64,000 nucleotides of DNA from Octopus sinensis (Eukaryota): NCBI RefSeq assembly GCF_006345805.1, contig NC_043011.1, positions 18,798,464 to 18,862,463 of the forward strand. Reading direction: 5' to 3'. The position numbers were made by a program, and so were the translations under genes. Every line of letters starts with the position of its first letter. Within the stretch, counting starts at the first letter, position 1. Positions 1 through 12,451 of this stretch are shown here, in pieces. The notes below the pieces were generated by a model, which was given only the letters and a program-made list of their open reading frames with translations, made no database searches and was not told the DNA's origin.

Positions 1-293
1 AGGTTTAATAATGGTGATTACATATGCTTCCTTTCTTGGATTAAATTTGGCTTCCGTTTCCAGTAGTCATTATATGTACATTATTGAGAGATTAAGTCGA
101 CCGGTTCTTGATCAATTAAGAAACATTGAACAAGCGAAAAAATTAATGGTACTTTCGTCAGAGCTATTACTAGTTCAAGTTTGATCATTTCCACTCAGTA
201 ATGTCCCTATAATTAATACGAGAAACAGCTCTAAGCCAAATATACTCCAATAAAAGAAAAATATTTAATGACCATTTATTTATGCAAAAACAA

Positions 294-713
294 CTATTCT
301 TCAAAATAAAGACTATTGTTTTCCACGACCTTCTGCCAACGTTCGGCAAGCTTTCGAATTTTGTCAAAGTACCAATCCTTCGGTTTTGAATCGAAAACTT
401 CTTGACAGGCTTCTTCAAAATCATCGAGTGACTCAAGTCGGCTACCTTTCATAAAGTGCTGCATTGGCCAGAAGAGACCGGAGTCAGATGGAGCAACGTC
501 TGGATTATATGATGGATGCGGCAGAAGTTGCACACCGTCCAATTCTTTAATCTTGTTGGTGGTCTTCCAGATGGTATACGGCTTTACATTGTCTTGCTGA
601 AACAAAGCGTGTTTTCGACGAACAAGTCTTGGGCACCTTGCAACCAGTCCATTGTAGACTCGATGAAGGTCCTTGCAGTAAAGTTCAGCGTTGATGGCGC
701 CACCATTCGGCAC
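294..713 (-). mobile_element. mariner-family transposase C-terminal fragment (decayed)
   Basis: ORF reads ALFQQDNVKPYT...LLPHPSYNPDVAPSDSGLF...IRKLAERWQKVVENNSLYFEE, matching the mariner HDNARPH, YSPDLAPSD and C-terminal RW motifs; N-terminal half absent. Confidence 0.9.
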
Positions 714-1513
714 AAGTTCGGCGCACGAACATTTTCTTCAACCTAGTATATATGTATAATGCGTTGGATGACGGGAATGCTATGTACTATGTGAAGATGA
801 TGTACGAGGCATTAATAATGCTTTCAATCCATGTCTTATATCGTGTTTATCTTCTGCTGTTGACATAGAATATTCTCATACTTTATAATCCCATTAAGTG
901 ACTATATGCACTTAAGGGGATTTTCAATTTTGACATTTTTAGATAACTTTCACTTATCAATTCAGGAATAATGTTTATTGTTTTTATTTTTATTTACTTA
1001 GTTATTTACCTATGTATTTTCATATATGTTGATGGATAGTGCAACACATTTCTAATCTTCAACACATTCCTGAAATGTATTTCATCGTCTCTATATTGTT
1101 TTCATACTTACCCATGGTAACATAAAAGATAGTGAGTAAAATTATTTTCTAAATATCATATAAGAGTGAAATATCTTTTAAAAAACGCTTTGCATTTCAG
1201 CAATTTTAAGTTTTACAGCTAACCTGGATATTTGCATTTGTTAGTGTAGACAATCGAGTTATTAGTCAAATTTTTTTCATTGATTTCAAGGATGCTGTCC
1301 AATTCATTTTGATATGAACAAAAGTTATTCAAATACGTGTTTGTAATTTTTCATATAATTTTAAATATTTCTAATTAGGAATTTATCATGCTATGTACAG
1401 TTAATAAAACCAAGATATTCTTAATAGAGTTCTATATTTAAGAGATGCGGGATGCGGAATTATGTACAATATTTACGTTTGAGGGATATTTGTCCTCATC
1501 TTCTTTGTTGTAA

Positions 1514-1557
1514 ACACAACATTTCGGCTGAAGTACCCTCTAGCCTTCATCAGGTGT
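1514..1557 (-). ncRNA. minimal type I hammerhead ribozyme-like motif (one core-adjacent substitution)
   Basis: Minus strand ACAC-CUGAUGA-A-GGCU(loop)AGCC-GAA-AUGU-U-GUGU: stem I ACAC/GUGU, stem II GGCU/AGCC; stem III looks like the palindrome ACGU with a CpG-type C>T change. Confidence 0.6.
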
Positions 1558-1664
1558 CTTGGTGAATTTTCGAACCTGGGTTCCCATTCCTAAGGTATTT
1601 TTCAATGTTATTATTATTATTACGATTAGTATCATTGTCGTTGAAATTATTATTATTATTATTC

Positions 1665-1774
1665 TATGTTTGACTTTTGCTTTATATTTGTACAAGTTGG
1701 CTCCAAGTCTCACCCAGAGACCTCAAGAGACAACAGGGTTGGAAGTTCATGTTGTTGTTATGCCTAGTGTGCCA

Positions 1775-1775
<1 letters not shown>
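1665..1775 (-). mobile_element. 3' UTR fragment of an R4/Dong-like non-LTR retrotransposon
   Basis: Closely matches 17402-17510, which lies downstream of a Dong-like C-terminus; flanked on both sides by (ATT)n. Confidence 0.55.

Positions 1776-1834
<59 letters not shown>
1776..1834. repeat. (ATT)n microsatellite
   Basis: Direct reading; source of the poly-Y/poly-I ORFs. Confidence 0.95.
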
Positions 1835-1835
<1 letters not shown>

Positions 1836-1842
1836 CAAGTCA

Positions 1843-1902
1843 CTAACTGGAATCGAACTCAGAACATTGGGGTTAGTAGCCTGTACTCTTAACCACTACA
1901 CT
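1843..1902 (-). mobile_element. tRNA-derived SINE head fragment
   Basis: Minus strand GTGTAGTGGTTAAGAG...GAGTTCGATTCCAG has Pol III A-box- and B-box-like motifs but no complete cloverleaf or acceptor stem. Confidence 0.5.
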
Positions 1903-1984
1903 GTATGCCTTCGGACATACGGCGTAGTATTTGGGAGCTATAAGTACTTGGGGCTTTTGGAAATGGACTAATTGATGGAGAACG

Positions 1985-2450
1985 AAATGACTGAGAAATT
2001 AAAGGTTGAGTACTTGCGCAGACTGAGACTGATCCTTAAATTGAAATTAAACGGTCAGAATAATATCGAAGCTATCAACGCCCGGGTGGTGTAATTCCTT
2101 AGATATGGAGCAGGGGTAATCGCATGGGCAGTAGACGAAGTAAACAGTTTAAACAGAAAGACAAGGAAGTTGCTAACTAGATATGAGACACTCTACCAAA
2201 GAAATGATACAGACGGTCTATATGTACCAAGGAAATGTGGGGATAGAGAACCTGGATGCGAACACAGCATTAAATCAGAAAACAACATATCATGGTATGT
2301 AAAGATGCCACAGAACCGCTATTATTAGAAGTAAGAAGGTCAGGCTTGTGTCGGATGAAAGGTTCAAAGATAAAACACTGTAGAAGCAATTGAAAACAAT
2401 TGAAACTGAAAAGAGATGGGTAGATAAAAGAATGAATCGACAATTTCACA
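1985..2450 (+). mobile_element. R4/Dong-like retrotransposon, late-RT/thumb fragment (decayed)
   Basis: Manual translation from 1987: MTEKLKVEYLRRLRLILKLKLNGQNNIEAINARVV*FLRYGAGVIAW...NRKTRKLLT...DGLYVPRKCG, typical of the R4/Dong EYxRRLxxILKSKLNG...YGAG...DRLYLPRxxGGRG block. Confidence 0.85.
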
Positions 2451-4437
2451 GGGATGTTGACACAGACATATATCCGTCAAACGTAAATAATGTAAATAAG
2501 AGATTCAAGTTTGTACCTTCTATTAATTTCATGTGTAAAATTCAGTAGCTTATATCAATTATATTCTGTATGTTCAATGTAAATAATACACATTACTAAA
2601 AGTTTCCTCGTTTCAAAAATTTAGTTTTATTACTAATAATGTGTCAGTTTTCATGAAATTGATATTAAGTGGAATTGCTAAACATGCGTACATATATTAT
2701 CTTTATATGTGAGCGCTCGTGTGTATATATATTTGTGTGTGTGTGAGTGTATGTGTATATTTTAGTGTGTTTGTGACTGTATTTATGCGGGTGTGTCAAT
2801 GTATTTAAATAAAACGTGTGTATGCATGTGTACATTATAAATTTCCAGTGCCTGGAAAATTACATTGTCAAAATAAGCTCTAATCAATGACTTTAATACA
2901 ATGCGACATGTTTGTACGTCTTTAAATCTGTATAAAACGTGACCTCAATTGAGACAATTAACAACAAAAATATTCTATTTCTTGTCAGAAGCCAAAACGA
3001 GAAATAATACTTTAAATTAATTAAGCAATATGTCAACGGTAATAGTATTTAAAAATTTTGCTATGAAAGCATTATAGGAAAGAGATCGAGGGGTTGCGAC
3101 AATGTTCGTTTTGGATAATTTTCTGAATTTTGATTAACCATTATGGAACATACTTATAATGAAATACGAACAAGAATCGACAATCCCGATTTCTTGACAC
3201 TTCAAATCATATGCTGCATAATATTGGATATATTTCTTCCAATTATAGTGAAAACCTTTTGCCTTCTAAATTACTTAAGTTTGATAAGTTGAACGTCATA
3301 ACAGACAATAACAATAATGAAAGAGAGAAAGACAGTCATTTTATGAATACGTTTTAAAAATTATATTGCGTATTTGTAAACTGTATTGGAATTTCTTAAT
3401 TTAATCAAGTTTATTTCTCTTTTAACTCTTTCTTCGACGGTGACAGAAATTCAAGGGATTATCTGCTAGTTTTCTAGTGACTTTAGATCGATGTTAGACG
3501 AAGTGATGGAACATACATATGAAGAAATCGGTCGACACAGAATTTCGCACTATGTCCCTTCCTATATTTAATCCATTTGTGCCACGTTTGTGCAAGATAT
3601 TACTATCATGGTTTATATATGCCTATAAAACAGACGTATGTATATATACTTATAAATGTATACACGCAGATACACACTTTTACGGGGACCATAGCATAAG
3701 TTTTGAGACATTTCCAGGAGAGGCATATATTAATTTTGAAGAAGATAGAAGCTCTAAACTCTTTCACAATAGGATGCTCTGATTTCATTACATTTTCAGT
3801 AGCGCTGCAATCATCTCAGCACGCCCTCATGCAGATCCTTCAAAGTCAACACGTTTACATTTGCCACACCGTGTTCATTTGCTCCGTTAAAGTGGAGAAC
3901 AACCGAATCTCCTAGTGATGTAGGTAAGTAATGTTAGATACATTTATCAGTATCGATGTTGATACGTATATATAAGTGTATCTGTTTGATTCTATCTTAT
4001 TTTCCTTCAATTTCTTCAATTGTACTGCATCTAAATTTAATATATTATTTATTAAGAAAATAAGCTAACAAATTCAGTTTCATGCTGTTCCAGGTAAAGA
4101 AAAAATATACGAAGACAGACTGTGCAAAGCGACACAGTTGCATTACTTGTTGTTAAAAAAAATAAAGTAATTGGCTATTACAGGACGCATGCAAACTGCT
4201 GACATTCAGACATATTTTACGAACTTTTTTCCAAATCTTACTTTTTAATATAAACACAAAACGCGTGCATACATGCATATGTAAATGTGAGAGCATACAA
4301 CATACAAACATACGTGTGTACGTATAGATCTATCATATATATATATCTATCTATATATATACATATATAAAAGTATGCATATACATATATGTACGTATGC
4401 ATGTATGTATGTAATATTTTGGACTATTGGGTATATG

Positions 4438-4910
4438 GTAAACAACGGAAAACGATAAAGGAAAGGAAGAACAGAAACTAAGATGTAAAAGGTAAAAATA
4501 TGAAAGAGCTATAATTCCTTATACCTTATATGATAAGGCTGGAAAGATATCAAGTCAGTCAGGTTTAGGCGAAATTTTACAATTCTTCAGAATATATTTA
4601 TACAAATGCATGCAACCTGTGAAAACGTTTGACCTGGAGTTCGAGAGACCACAGATCCTGTTCAGATCTAACATTCCTAACATTTTATTGAACTCCAGGT
4701 CAGAAATTTTCACTGGTTGCATGCATATGTATAAATATATTCCAAAGAATTGGAAAATTCCGCCTATCCCTGATTGCTTTTATATCTTTCCGTTGTTATC
4801 ATTTAAGGTCTAAGAAAGATAGCTATTTCACCTTTGTAACATTTACTTTGTATTTTTGGTATTCTAGAGTCAGTTTTTTTGCTTTCCGTTTTTCGTTTTC
4901 CGTTGTTTAC
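4438..4910. repeat. degenerate fold-back (long inverted repeat), arms about 4438-4646 and 4690-4910
   Basis: e.g. TGCATGCAACCTGTGAAAACGTTTGACCTGGAGTTC pairs with GAACTCCAGGTCAGAAATTTTCACTGGTTGCATGCA; outer GTAAACAACGGAAAACG pairs with CGTTTTCCGTTGTTTAC. Confidence 0.8.
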
Positions 4911-4998
4911 TGTCTGCGTTTCCTATATGCTGCCTTCTAAGTTCATTTCTCGTTTCTTCTATTCTTCAATTTCTGTAGCTCCTTATGATATGCTGTTT

Positions 4999-5050
4999 GC
5001 GCCTGAAGAATATGTTTGAGCTTCTCAAAATATGAAACTATTCGTAGCGT
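4999..5050 (+). ncRNA. minimal type I hammerhead ribozyme-like motif, intact core
   Basis: GCGC-CUGAAGA-AUAU(G)UUUGAG-CUU-CUCAAA-AUAU-GAA-AC(UAUUC)GU-A-GCGU: all core nucleotides, three stems, GUA cleavage triplet. Confidence 0.75.
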
Positions 5051-5130
5051 TATAATACATGTATTGGGATTTTAAATAAATTACATTTATCTTTCACAAG
5101 ATGGAGTTGAATTTTCCTCACGGATGGGTA

Positions 5131-5163
5131 CTACACACACACACACGCACACGCACACACACG

Positions 5164-5244
<81 letters not shown>
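5131..5244. repeat. compound (CA)n(TA)n microsatellite
   Basis: Direct reading. Confidence 0.95.
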
Positions 5245-5248
<4 letters not shown>

Positions 5249-5926
5249 TAATCAAAATAAAAACATGATGCCAAGGATTCAGCGGTACATAGGTTTCGGG
5301 CCTTTATTAGACGGATTTATAACAATGCATAATGTGCGTCTGTGGCCTTCTTCAGCCGCGCACAACTACTTCTTCAAGGACATGTATTACATCAAAAATT
5401 CTTGGTTGGGGATGCAAATCCTCTCATTCGCGTACGACGTAATGCGGCAACAGCATAAACATGAAGCGTCCATCTCGTTCTTCTCTCAATGTAGAATGAG
5501 GAAGTTTGGATGTTAAAGTAATATAAATAAATTAATAAATAAATATATACATATATAAATATATAAATACAGACAGACGTGAAGGAACCTGGTAATAAGA
5601 GCAAATAGAGATAAAGATGGAGGGGCGAGAATTCAGGACGAAGGATAAAAAATATATAAAGAGTGTAAGTATAGAAAAATATAAAAATGTAGAGTATAAA
5701 GATATAAAGAGATATAAAAAATATTTTTAAAATATAAAAAAATATAAATGAATATAAAGGTATAAAGTTATAAAAATAAAATAAAAATAATAAAAACTGT
5801 ACAAGAATATAAGGATAAGGGATATATAGTAGTTACGGACCAAACATGGTGGTCAGGAAAATGACAAATTCTGGTTGTAGAATCCTCCGCTGAATCTTGG
5901 CATCATGTTTTTATTTTGATTAATTT
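5245..5926. repeat. about 41-bp inverted repeats (5245-5285 and 5887-5926) bracketing about 600 bp
   Basis: AAATTAATCAAAATAAAAACATGATGCCAAGGATTCAGCGG versus CCGCTGAATCTTGGCATCATGTTTTTATTTTGATTAATTT (one indel); left arm abuts (TA)n. Confidence 0.85.
5282..5359 (-). ncRNA. type I hammerhead ribozyme-like motif with long stem II loop, intact core
   Basis: Minus strand GCGG-CUGAAGA-A-GGCC(loop with AGACG/CGUCU)GGCC-C-GAA-AC(CUAU)GU-A-CCGC; stem I GCGG/CCGC, GUA triplet. Confidence 0.75.
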
Positions 5927-5992
5927 ACTCCACCACCTACACCACCAAACGGTATATACAGGTGCTTACAATTATCAAGTACTCACCCCGAA

Positions 5993-6031
<39 letters not shown>

Positions 6032-6050
6032 GTATGTATGTATATATATA

Positions 6051-7263
6051 TGCCTGACAGAATTAAAAAGCCACTCTTATAGTCGTTAAAAGTTATCTAA
6101 ATTTGAAATGATGTATTCAAATTAGTTGTTAATTGTTATAATGTGAATATCCAACATTTAGTAGACATTCCCTTTGCATTTTTCAGTAGACGGACCCTAC
6201 TAGGCATACTACTGATCAGATGAAGAATATTCTCTTAACGAATTCCATGCATTGATCTCAAAATCTCTGGATTTGTGTATGTTTCCTCTACTTTTTACGA
6301 TGTCTCCTGTCCATTATTGAATTGTGTTCAATAGGATTCATATTCGGTGATTGGCTTGGCCATGAACGTTTTCTAATGCTATTCTCTTCTAAGCAATATT
6401 TGCTCGTTGTAGTTGTATTACAAGAAACTGCATCTTCCATAGATAGATAGCCTTGTTTAATCATTGCACCACTGGAGGTGATTGGAAGGAATCTTTACTA
6501 CTGAAATATGCACCTATATCTATCTGAGTTTATCGTTCCTCACACTCAAGCAGCTCCGTTCAAGCATTACTCCACATTGCACCCCAGACAATCACAGAAT
6601 ATCCACCATATTTTATTTTTGGCCGCAACATGTTTACATCAACTTCTTTGTCAAACAGTCTCAGATCCATACTCGACCGCTCTCAGCAAATACAGCAAAT
6701 ATGGACTCATAAAAAAATATGACTGTGTTGCAAAATGATAGTAATCTCTCCACCATCTCACTGGCCCAATATTTTCTCCGCTTGATACTGGCTGGTTGGA
6801 GAAAAGGCTTCCTTCTTGTTACTCTTCCATAGTAGCCAAGTTTGTAAAGATACCTGATAGATGTTCTGGGATTGATATCAACATGCTTTGCTATGTCAGA
6901 GGCTTTGCAACGGCGGTTATCCTCCACTTTTCTCATAGCGAAGTGAAGGGTTCTGCCAGACACCCCTAATCCACCTGAGCAAAGGGATATTGAAGCATTC
7001 CCCCTCTCTGGTGAATTGCACAATCACTCTATTAACTGTAGAATGTGGGATCCCAATGTTTTGTGCAATTTCATGTTGACGAATTCACCGCCGGATTGAC
7101 GTACAATGCGGCATCTTTGGAATTCGGACTGTCCCATGGGTCCTTTTTTACGTCATATATAGAAGGTGAAATATAAGAATGTCAATTAATAAGAAATAAA
7201 AATCTTTTCAAATTAAATAAATATAAAACGATATTTTATAGTGTGTCTACTTACTTCTCTCTC

Positions 7264-7265
<2 letters not shown>
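6051..7265 (-). mobile_element. near full-length decayed Tc1-like transposon, copy 1
   Basis: Frameshifted transposase: SEFQRCRIV...[31 protein letters not shown]...IFFYES, WPSQSPNMNPIEH (6325-6363) and C-terminal NAKGMSTK; degenerate TIR-like ends in (TA)n. Confidence 0.9.
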
Positions 7266-7306
<41 letters not shown>

Positions 7307-7313
7307 ATATATA

Positions 7314-8530
7314 TGCCTGACAGAATTAAAAAGCCACTCTTATAGTCGTTAAAAGTTATCTAAATTTGAAATGATGTATTCAAATTAGTTGTTAATTGTT
7401 ATAATGTGAATATCCAACATTTAGTAGACATTCCCTTTGCATTTTTCAGTAGACGGACCCTACTAGGCATACTACTGATCAGATGAAGAATATTCTCTTA
7501 ACGAATTCCATGCATTGATCTCAAAATCTCTGGATTTGTGTATGTTTCCTCTACTTTTTACGATGTCTCCTGTCCATTATTGAATTGTGTTCAATAGGAT
7601 TCATATTCGGTGATTGGCTTGGCCATGAACGTTTTCTAATGCTATTCTCTTCTAAGCAATATTTGCTCGTTGTAGTTGTATTACAAGAAACTGCATCTTC
7701 CATAGATAGATAGCCTTGTTTAATCATTGCACCACTGGAGGTGATTGGAAGGAATCTTTACTACTGAAATATGCACCTATATCTATCTGAGTTTATCGTT
7801 CCTCACACTCAAGCAGCTCCGTTCAAGCATTACTCCACATTGCACCCCAGACAATCACAGAATATCCACCATATTTTATTTTTGGCCGCAACATGTTTAC
7901 ATCAACTTCTTTGTCAAACAGTCTCAGATCCATACTCGACCGCTCTCAGCAAATACAGCAAATATGGACTCATAAAAAAATATGACTGTGTTGCAAAATG
8001 ATAGTAATCTCTCCACCATCTCACTGGCCCAATATTTTCTCCGCTTGATACTGGCTGGTTGGAGAAAAGGCTTCCTTCTTGTTACTCTTCCATAGTAGCC
8101 AAGTTTGTAAAGATACCTGATAGATGTTCTGGGATTGATATCAACATGCTTTGCTATGTCAGAGGCTTTGCAACGGCGGTTATCCTCCACTTTTCTCATA
8201 GCGAAGTGAAGGGTTCTGCCAGACACCCCTAATCCACCTGAGCAAAGGGATATTGAAGCATTCCCCCTCTCTGGTGAATTGCACAATCACTCTATTAACT
8301 GTAGAATGTGGGATCCCAATGTTTTGTGCAATTTCATGTTGACGAAATTCACCGCCGGATTGACGTACAATGCGGCATCTTTGGAATTCGGACTGTCCCA
8401 TGGGTCCTTTTTTACGTCATATATAGAAGGTGAAATATAAGAATGTCAATTAATAAGAAATAAAAATCTTTTCAAATTAAATAAATATAAAACGATATTT
8501 TATAGTGTGTCTACTTACTTCTCTCTCATA
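7314..8530 (-). mobile_element. near full-length decayed Tc1-like transposon, copy 2 (tandem duplicate of copy 1, offset 1263)
   Basis: Identical ORFs at 6482/7745, 6508/7771 and 6661/7924; only a 1-nt indel noticed (GACGAATTC vs GACGAAATTC). Confidence 0.9.
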
Positions 8531-8532
8531 TA

Positions 8533-8565
<33 letters not shown>

Positions 8566-8566
<1 letters not shown>

Positions 8567-8645
8567 ACATATTCCCTCGCCCTATCGCGGTTCACCTATC
8601 GCAGACTCTTCAGTGTATCCCGGTATCCGCGGCCGATAGGTATTT
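8566..8645 (+). mobile_element. possible pogo/Tigger-like terminal fragment
   Basis: CATATTCCCTCGCCCTATCGCGGTTCACCTATCGC after TA, with repeated TATCGCGG-type subterminal motifs reminiscent of Tigger ends (recalled, not searched). Confidence 0.3.
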
Positions 8646-8830
8646 AATTGTTTAGATTTTACTTATTTCTATGGGAGGTTTGGGAAAGTAACACCCACGA
8701 TAGTCGAGGGATTACTAGATATATATATAAAGACTTGTTTTATTTATATTTCCTGAGCGCCATACTAATACAATTGTTCGTTTGTTTTCCACCTGCCTTC
8801 GTCTTTTGTTTATTTTCATAAAGATTCCCG

Positions 8831-8869
<39 letters not shown>

Positions 8870-9524
8870 TCAATTAGAGGTTAGATTAGCGTCATTAAGG
8901 GATGCTGTCATCCAAAGAATTACTGGTTCCCTACACAATATTCATCGTGAATAATTGTATTCGTAAAACAATTGGTTTGTTTCTAAACCATGGTTTACAA
9001 TCATTCAAATGAATGTAAATGGAAAATGTAGGCTAAACCTCTTCATGGAAGCAGAAGAAAGTTATGCCCTTAGGATTTAATGTGTTTTATTTTAGAATCC
9101 TCACAGCAGAATGAGTATAATTTTGTGGCTCATATTGGTATATGCACAGGTTATGGATTATATGTTGATTTAGTGGGTAATGGACAATATGTAAAAATAT
9201 TTAGGGTTATAATGGGTACATAAATAGTGGTTGAATAGCAAGTTACAGTGAAAAAGTATATCATACGAACGTAGATATAAAATAAATACTTTGGTAAGTT
9301 TTGTATAAAATTGAGAGAAATCTATCTAAAAAAGCATAAACATATTAAGACCTGTCAAAAGCATTCATTTTTTTATTCACTGCATATACATACACACACA
9401 CACATATATATATGTATATATATATATATATATATTATATACATACGCACATACCCACAAGCAACATTATATGTCATCACATATGACGCGTATTTTGTCC
9501 ATATAAAGCTTGTACACCTATATA

Positions 9525-9590
<66 letters not shown>

Positions 9591-9934
9591 ACAAGTACAC
9601 ATGCAAAAATTATACACTCACCCCTAGAAAAATATTAGTAGGGATCACGTAATATCAAACAAGAATTTGATTGGTTAATATTTTTTTTAAATAGTCTTCC
9701 TGTATACTTTAAATCAACATAACGTAAAAACTAAGGTGCTTTGTTTCAAAAAGAATGGTCGCATATATCAATATAAATAAAATTTCTTAAGGGTATATGT
9801 CGCATGTGGCCTGAAAATAATTATGATTACAATGGGATGTAATTATTAAATAATCATTATCTAAAACTTAAATATTTAAGAAGTATAGCCACTACACATT
9901 TTTTTATTTCTCTCTTTGTTTTTTTTCTGTGTTC

Positions 9935-9970
9935 CTTTCTGTAAAAGTGAGTAGGCTCGAAACATTAAAG
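9935..9970 (+). ncRNA. decayed hammerhead-like motif in a (TA)n-adjacent short repeat
   Basis: CUUU-CUGUAAA-A-GUGA GUAG GCUC-GAA-ACAU-U-AAAG; homologous (inverted) to 31033-31066; core mutated. Confidence 0.45.
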
Positions 9971-10041
9971 AATTTCTTCACTTCCCGAGCGTTATACTAA
10001 TATATATGTCTATTGTCTACAGCACATGTCTTCGTCGTTTG

Positions 10042-10127
<86 letters not shown>

Positions 10128-10319
10128 TATATATTTATATTGTTATAACTTACTGTAGATTAAATTATCGAGATGGGGAACAAATAAAATAATTCAATAA
10201 TAAATAAGTAATAAGTATGAAAAAATGCTTCATCGATGTAACGTAAAATAAAATAATAAAATGATACTATTAAATCAATTGATTACCTTTATCGTGCGTG
10301 TGTGCTTGTATTTCCATTT

Positions 10320-10525
10320 GTTCCTCCACAATCACCGACACTTGACAACCGGTGTTGGATGTGTTTACATCCCCATAATCCTGACATTCGGTAAAACAGA
10401 AAGATGGAATGAATATCAGCCTTTGAAACATAATTACTAGCGGCGATACATTCAGCTCCAAATTCTGCAAGGTGGTTCCCCGGCATGGCCGCAGGTCAAT
10501 GCCTGCAATAAGTAGAAAATAAGAA
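10320..10525 (+). mobile_element. SINE family A, degenerate 3' half
   Basis: CTTGACAACCGGTGTTGGATGTGTTTACATCCCC...GCATGGCCGCAGGTCAATGCCTG matches the reverse complement of 14110-14270. Confidence 0.65.
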
Positions 10526-11559
10526 ATAGAAGAAAAGTCAAGGAACATATTACTGTGAGAGGAATTTATATAACGAACGTAGAAATGAAAGAGAAGGAAT
10601 AATAATAATACATTGAATATATAATGCCGATTTCGAGAAATGTGGCTTCACAGATGTTTCAAATAACCATTGCACACTAGTTTAGTTACTCTGAAAGAGA
10701 ACAATTCTTTAAATAATATAGTATAAAAGGGAAAGTACCTCTAATTTAATTGCAAATGATCACTGCTCAGCTACAAAGTCTCTAAAAGTAGATTTTGAGA
10801 AAATAAACGAATTTCAAGTAAAGATAAATCAGTTATAAGTTATAAATATAATTTGCTCTGTATACAGTGCGAAATCTCAGTGCATAATCGAAATAGACAT
10901 AGGTACGCCATGCTACTACGGACAGAATTAAATTTTGAGCAACAAGCGTCACATGGGAGTGAAAAACTGATTGTAAATTCATTCGGCACCACATTCGGTG
11001 TATGGCAACTTTTTTGTAAAACTATGCCATTGAACTTCAATAAGCGATGATTTGCGGTGCAATTTTCTAAGCTAGGAAAAAGGAAAATTCAAAATGGCCT
11101 TGTAATTTAAATGTGCTTGATATATTGAATACGTACGAAAAAATTACCAATGACATATTGACTATTATTTACGATAAGAAAGAACAGGAAGAAAGATATA
11201 CAATGAAAACATACGAAGCTAGATTTTAATTCATACATTCGACAAGACTGTTTTGCATATGATGGACAATAAAAACAGTTTGAAAACGAAAGAAAACTTC
11301 ACGTAAATTCGCTAAAAGCAACATAATTTATAAAACATCCGGGCATTAGATAAAATATGACAAAAGGAAGTTTAGCTCAAATACTTTGGGTCGACACTCC
11401 ACCTACATTTTCCAACAACTGTGGCGTCTGCGATGAACGAGCAATGTAATATATGTGTGAAAGCGTGTGTGTGTTACACACATACACATATATATAAATG
11501 CATACATACACACAGACAAAAACACACGCGCACACACACGCATATATATATATATCATC

Positions 11560-11935
11560 AACGTTGTTCGACCGTGGTCGATACATTGGAATTTACTATG
11601 TTACGCCAGACTTCACGGCCCATCATAGCATTACGGAGGTCCTGTTGCTGGATACATGTATCCCTGGAGATTACATCAGGGTAGGAGTGTGTGCGCCCTC
11701 TGGTATCGCGAGCAGAGGGCTTCCAGAGGAGAAGAGTAGAAATTACCTCGTTTTGAACTCTACAACAATGTCCAGCAAACTGGACTCTTCTAACTTTCAC
11801 AAAAGATGATAAAGGTGGTAATTTCTCATATATTTGTACTTTGGCTGGATGGCACTTCCACGAGAGATTTTGAGCTCTCATAAGGAGGTGAGTGTAAGTT
11901 CCATCCAACCGCCTCTCAAGGTTCTTTAATAACAC
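11560..11935 (-). mobile_element. RTE-like LINE 3' end fragment
   Basis: LERRLDGTYTHLLMRAQNLSW...KVRRVQFAGHCCR...LLWKP...RGRT..YPDVISRDT...MMGREVWRNIV is the typical RTE-clade C-terminus. Confidence 0.8.
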
Positions 11936-11971
11936 ATATGCATATATACACACACATGCATATGCATACAT

Positions 11972-12033
<62 letters not shown>

Positions 12034-12034
12034 T

Positions 12035-12405
12035 GGCAGAGGAGTGTCCGTGTGGTAAAAAACTTGCTTCCCAACTATATGGCTCCGGGTTCGGTCCTAC
12101 TGCGTGGCATCTTGTCTTCTACTATAACCTCGAGCCGACCAAATCATTATGAGTGGGTTTGGTAGAGAGAAACTGAAAGAGTCCAGTCATGTATATAGAT
12201 GTGTGTATGTGTATGTGTTTGTAGCTGTGTTTGCACCCCACCGAGATTGGTGTGTTTACGTCCGTGAAAATTAGCAGTTCGGCAAAAGAGTCTGGTAGAA
12301 CAAATACTAGGCTTGTAAAGAATAAATCCGGGTGGCGATTCGTTTGACCAAGGACCGTACTCCATATTGGCCGCAATCAAATGACTAAAACAAGTTAAAA
12401 AAGAA
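12035..12405 (+). mobile_element. SINE family A (tRNA head, CORE-like segment, internal microsatellite)
   Basis: A-box-like GTCCGTGTGG, B-box-like GGTTCGGTCC, then GCGTGGCATCTTG, an internal (TG)-rich tract and a conserved tail ending AAATGACTAAAAC. Confidence 0.8.
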
Positions 12406-12406
12406 A

Positions 12407-12451
<45 letters not shown>

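Noticed and set aside
516-746. Plus-strand ORFs overlapping transposases (also 20144-20695, 6482-6738)
   Set aside because: Antisense shadows of the minus-strand transposase frames
1843-1902. tRNA gene
   Set aside because: A and B boxes are present but no acceptor stem or cloverleaf; treated as a SINE head, like the other tRNA-like heads
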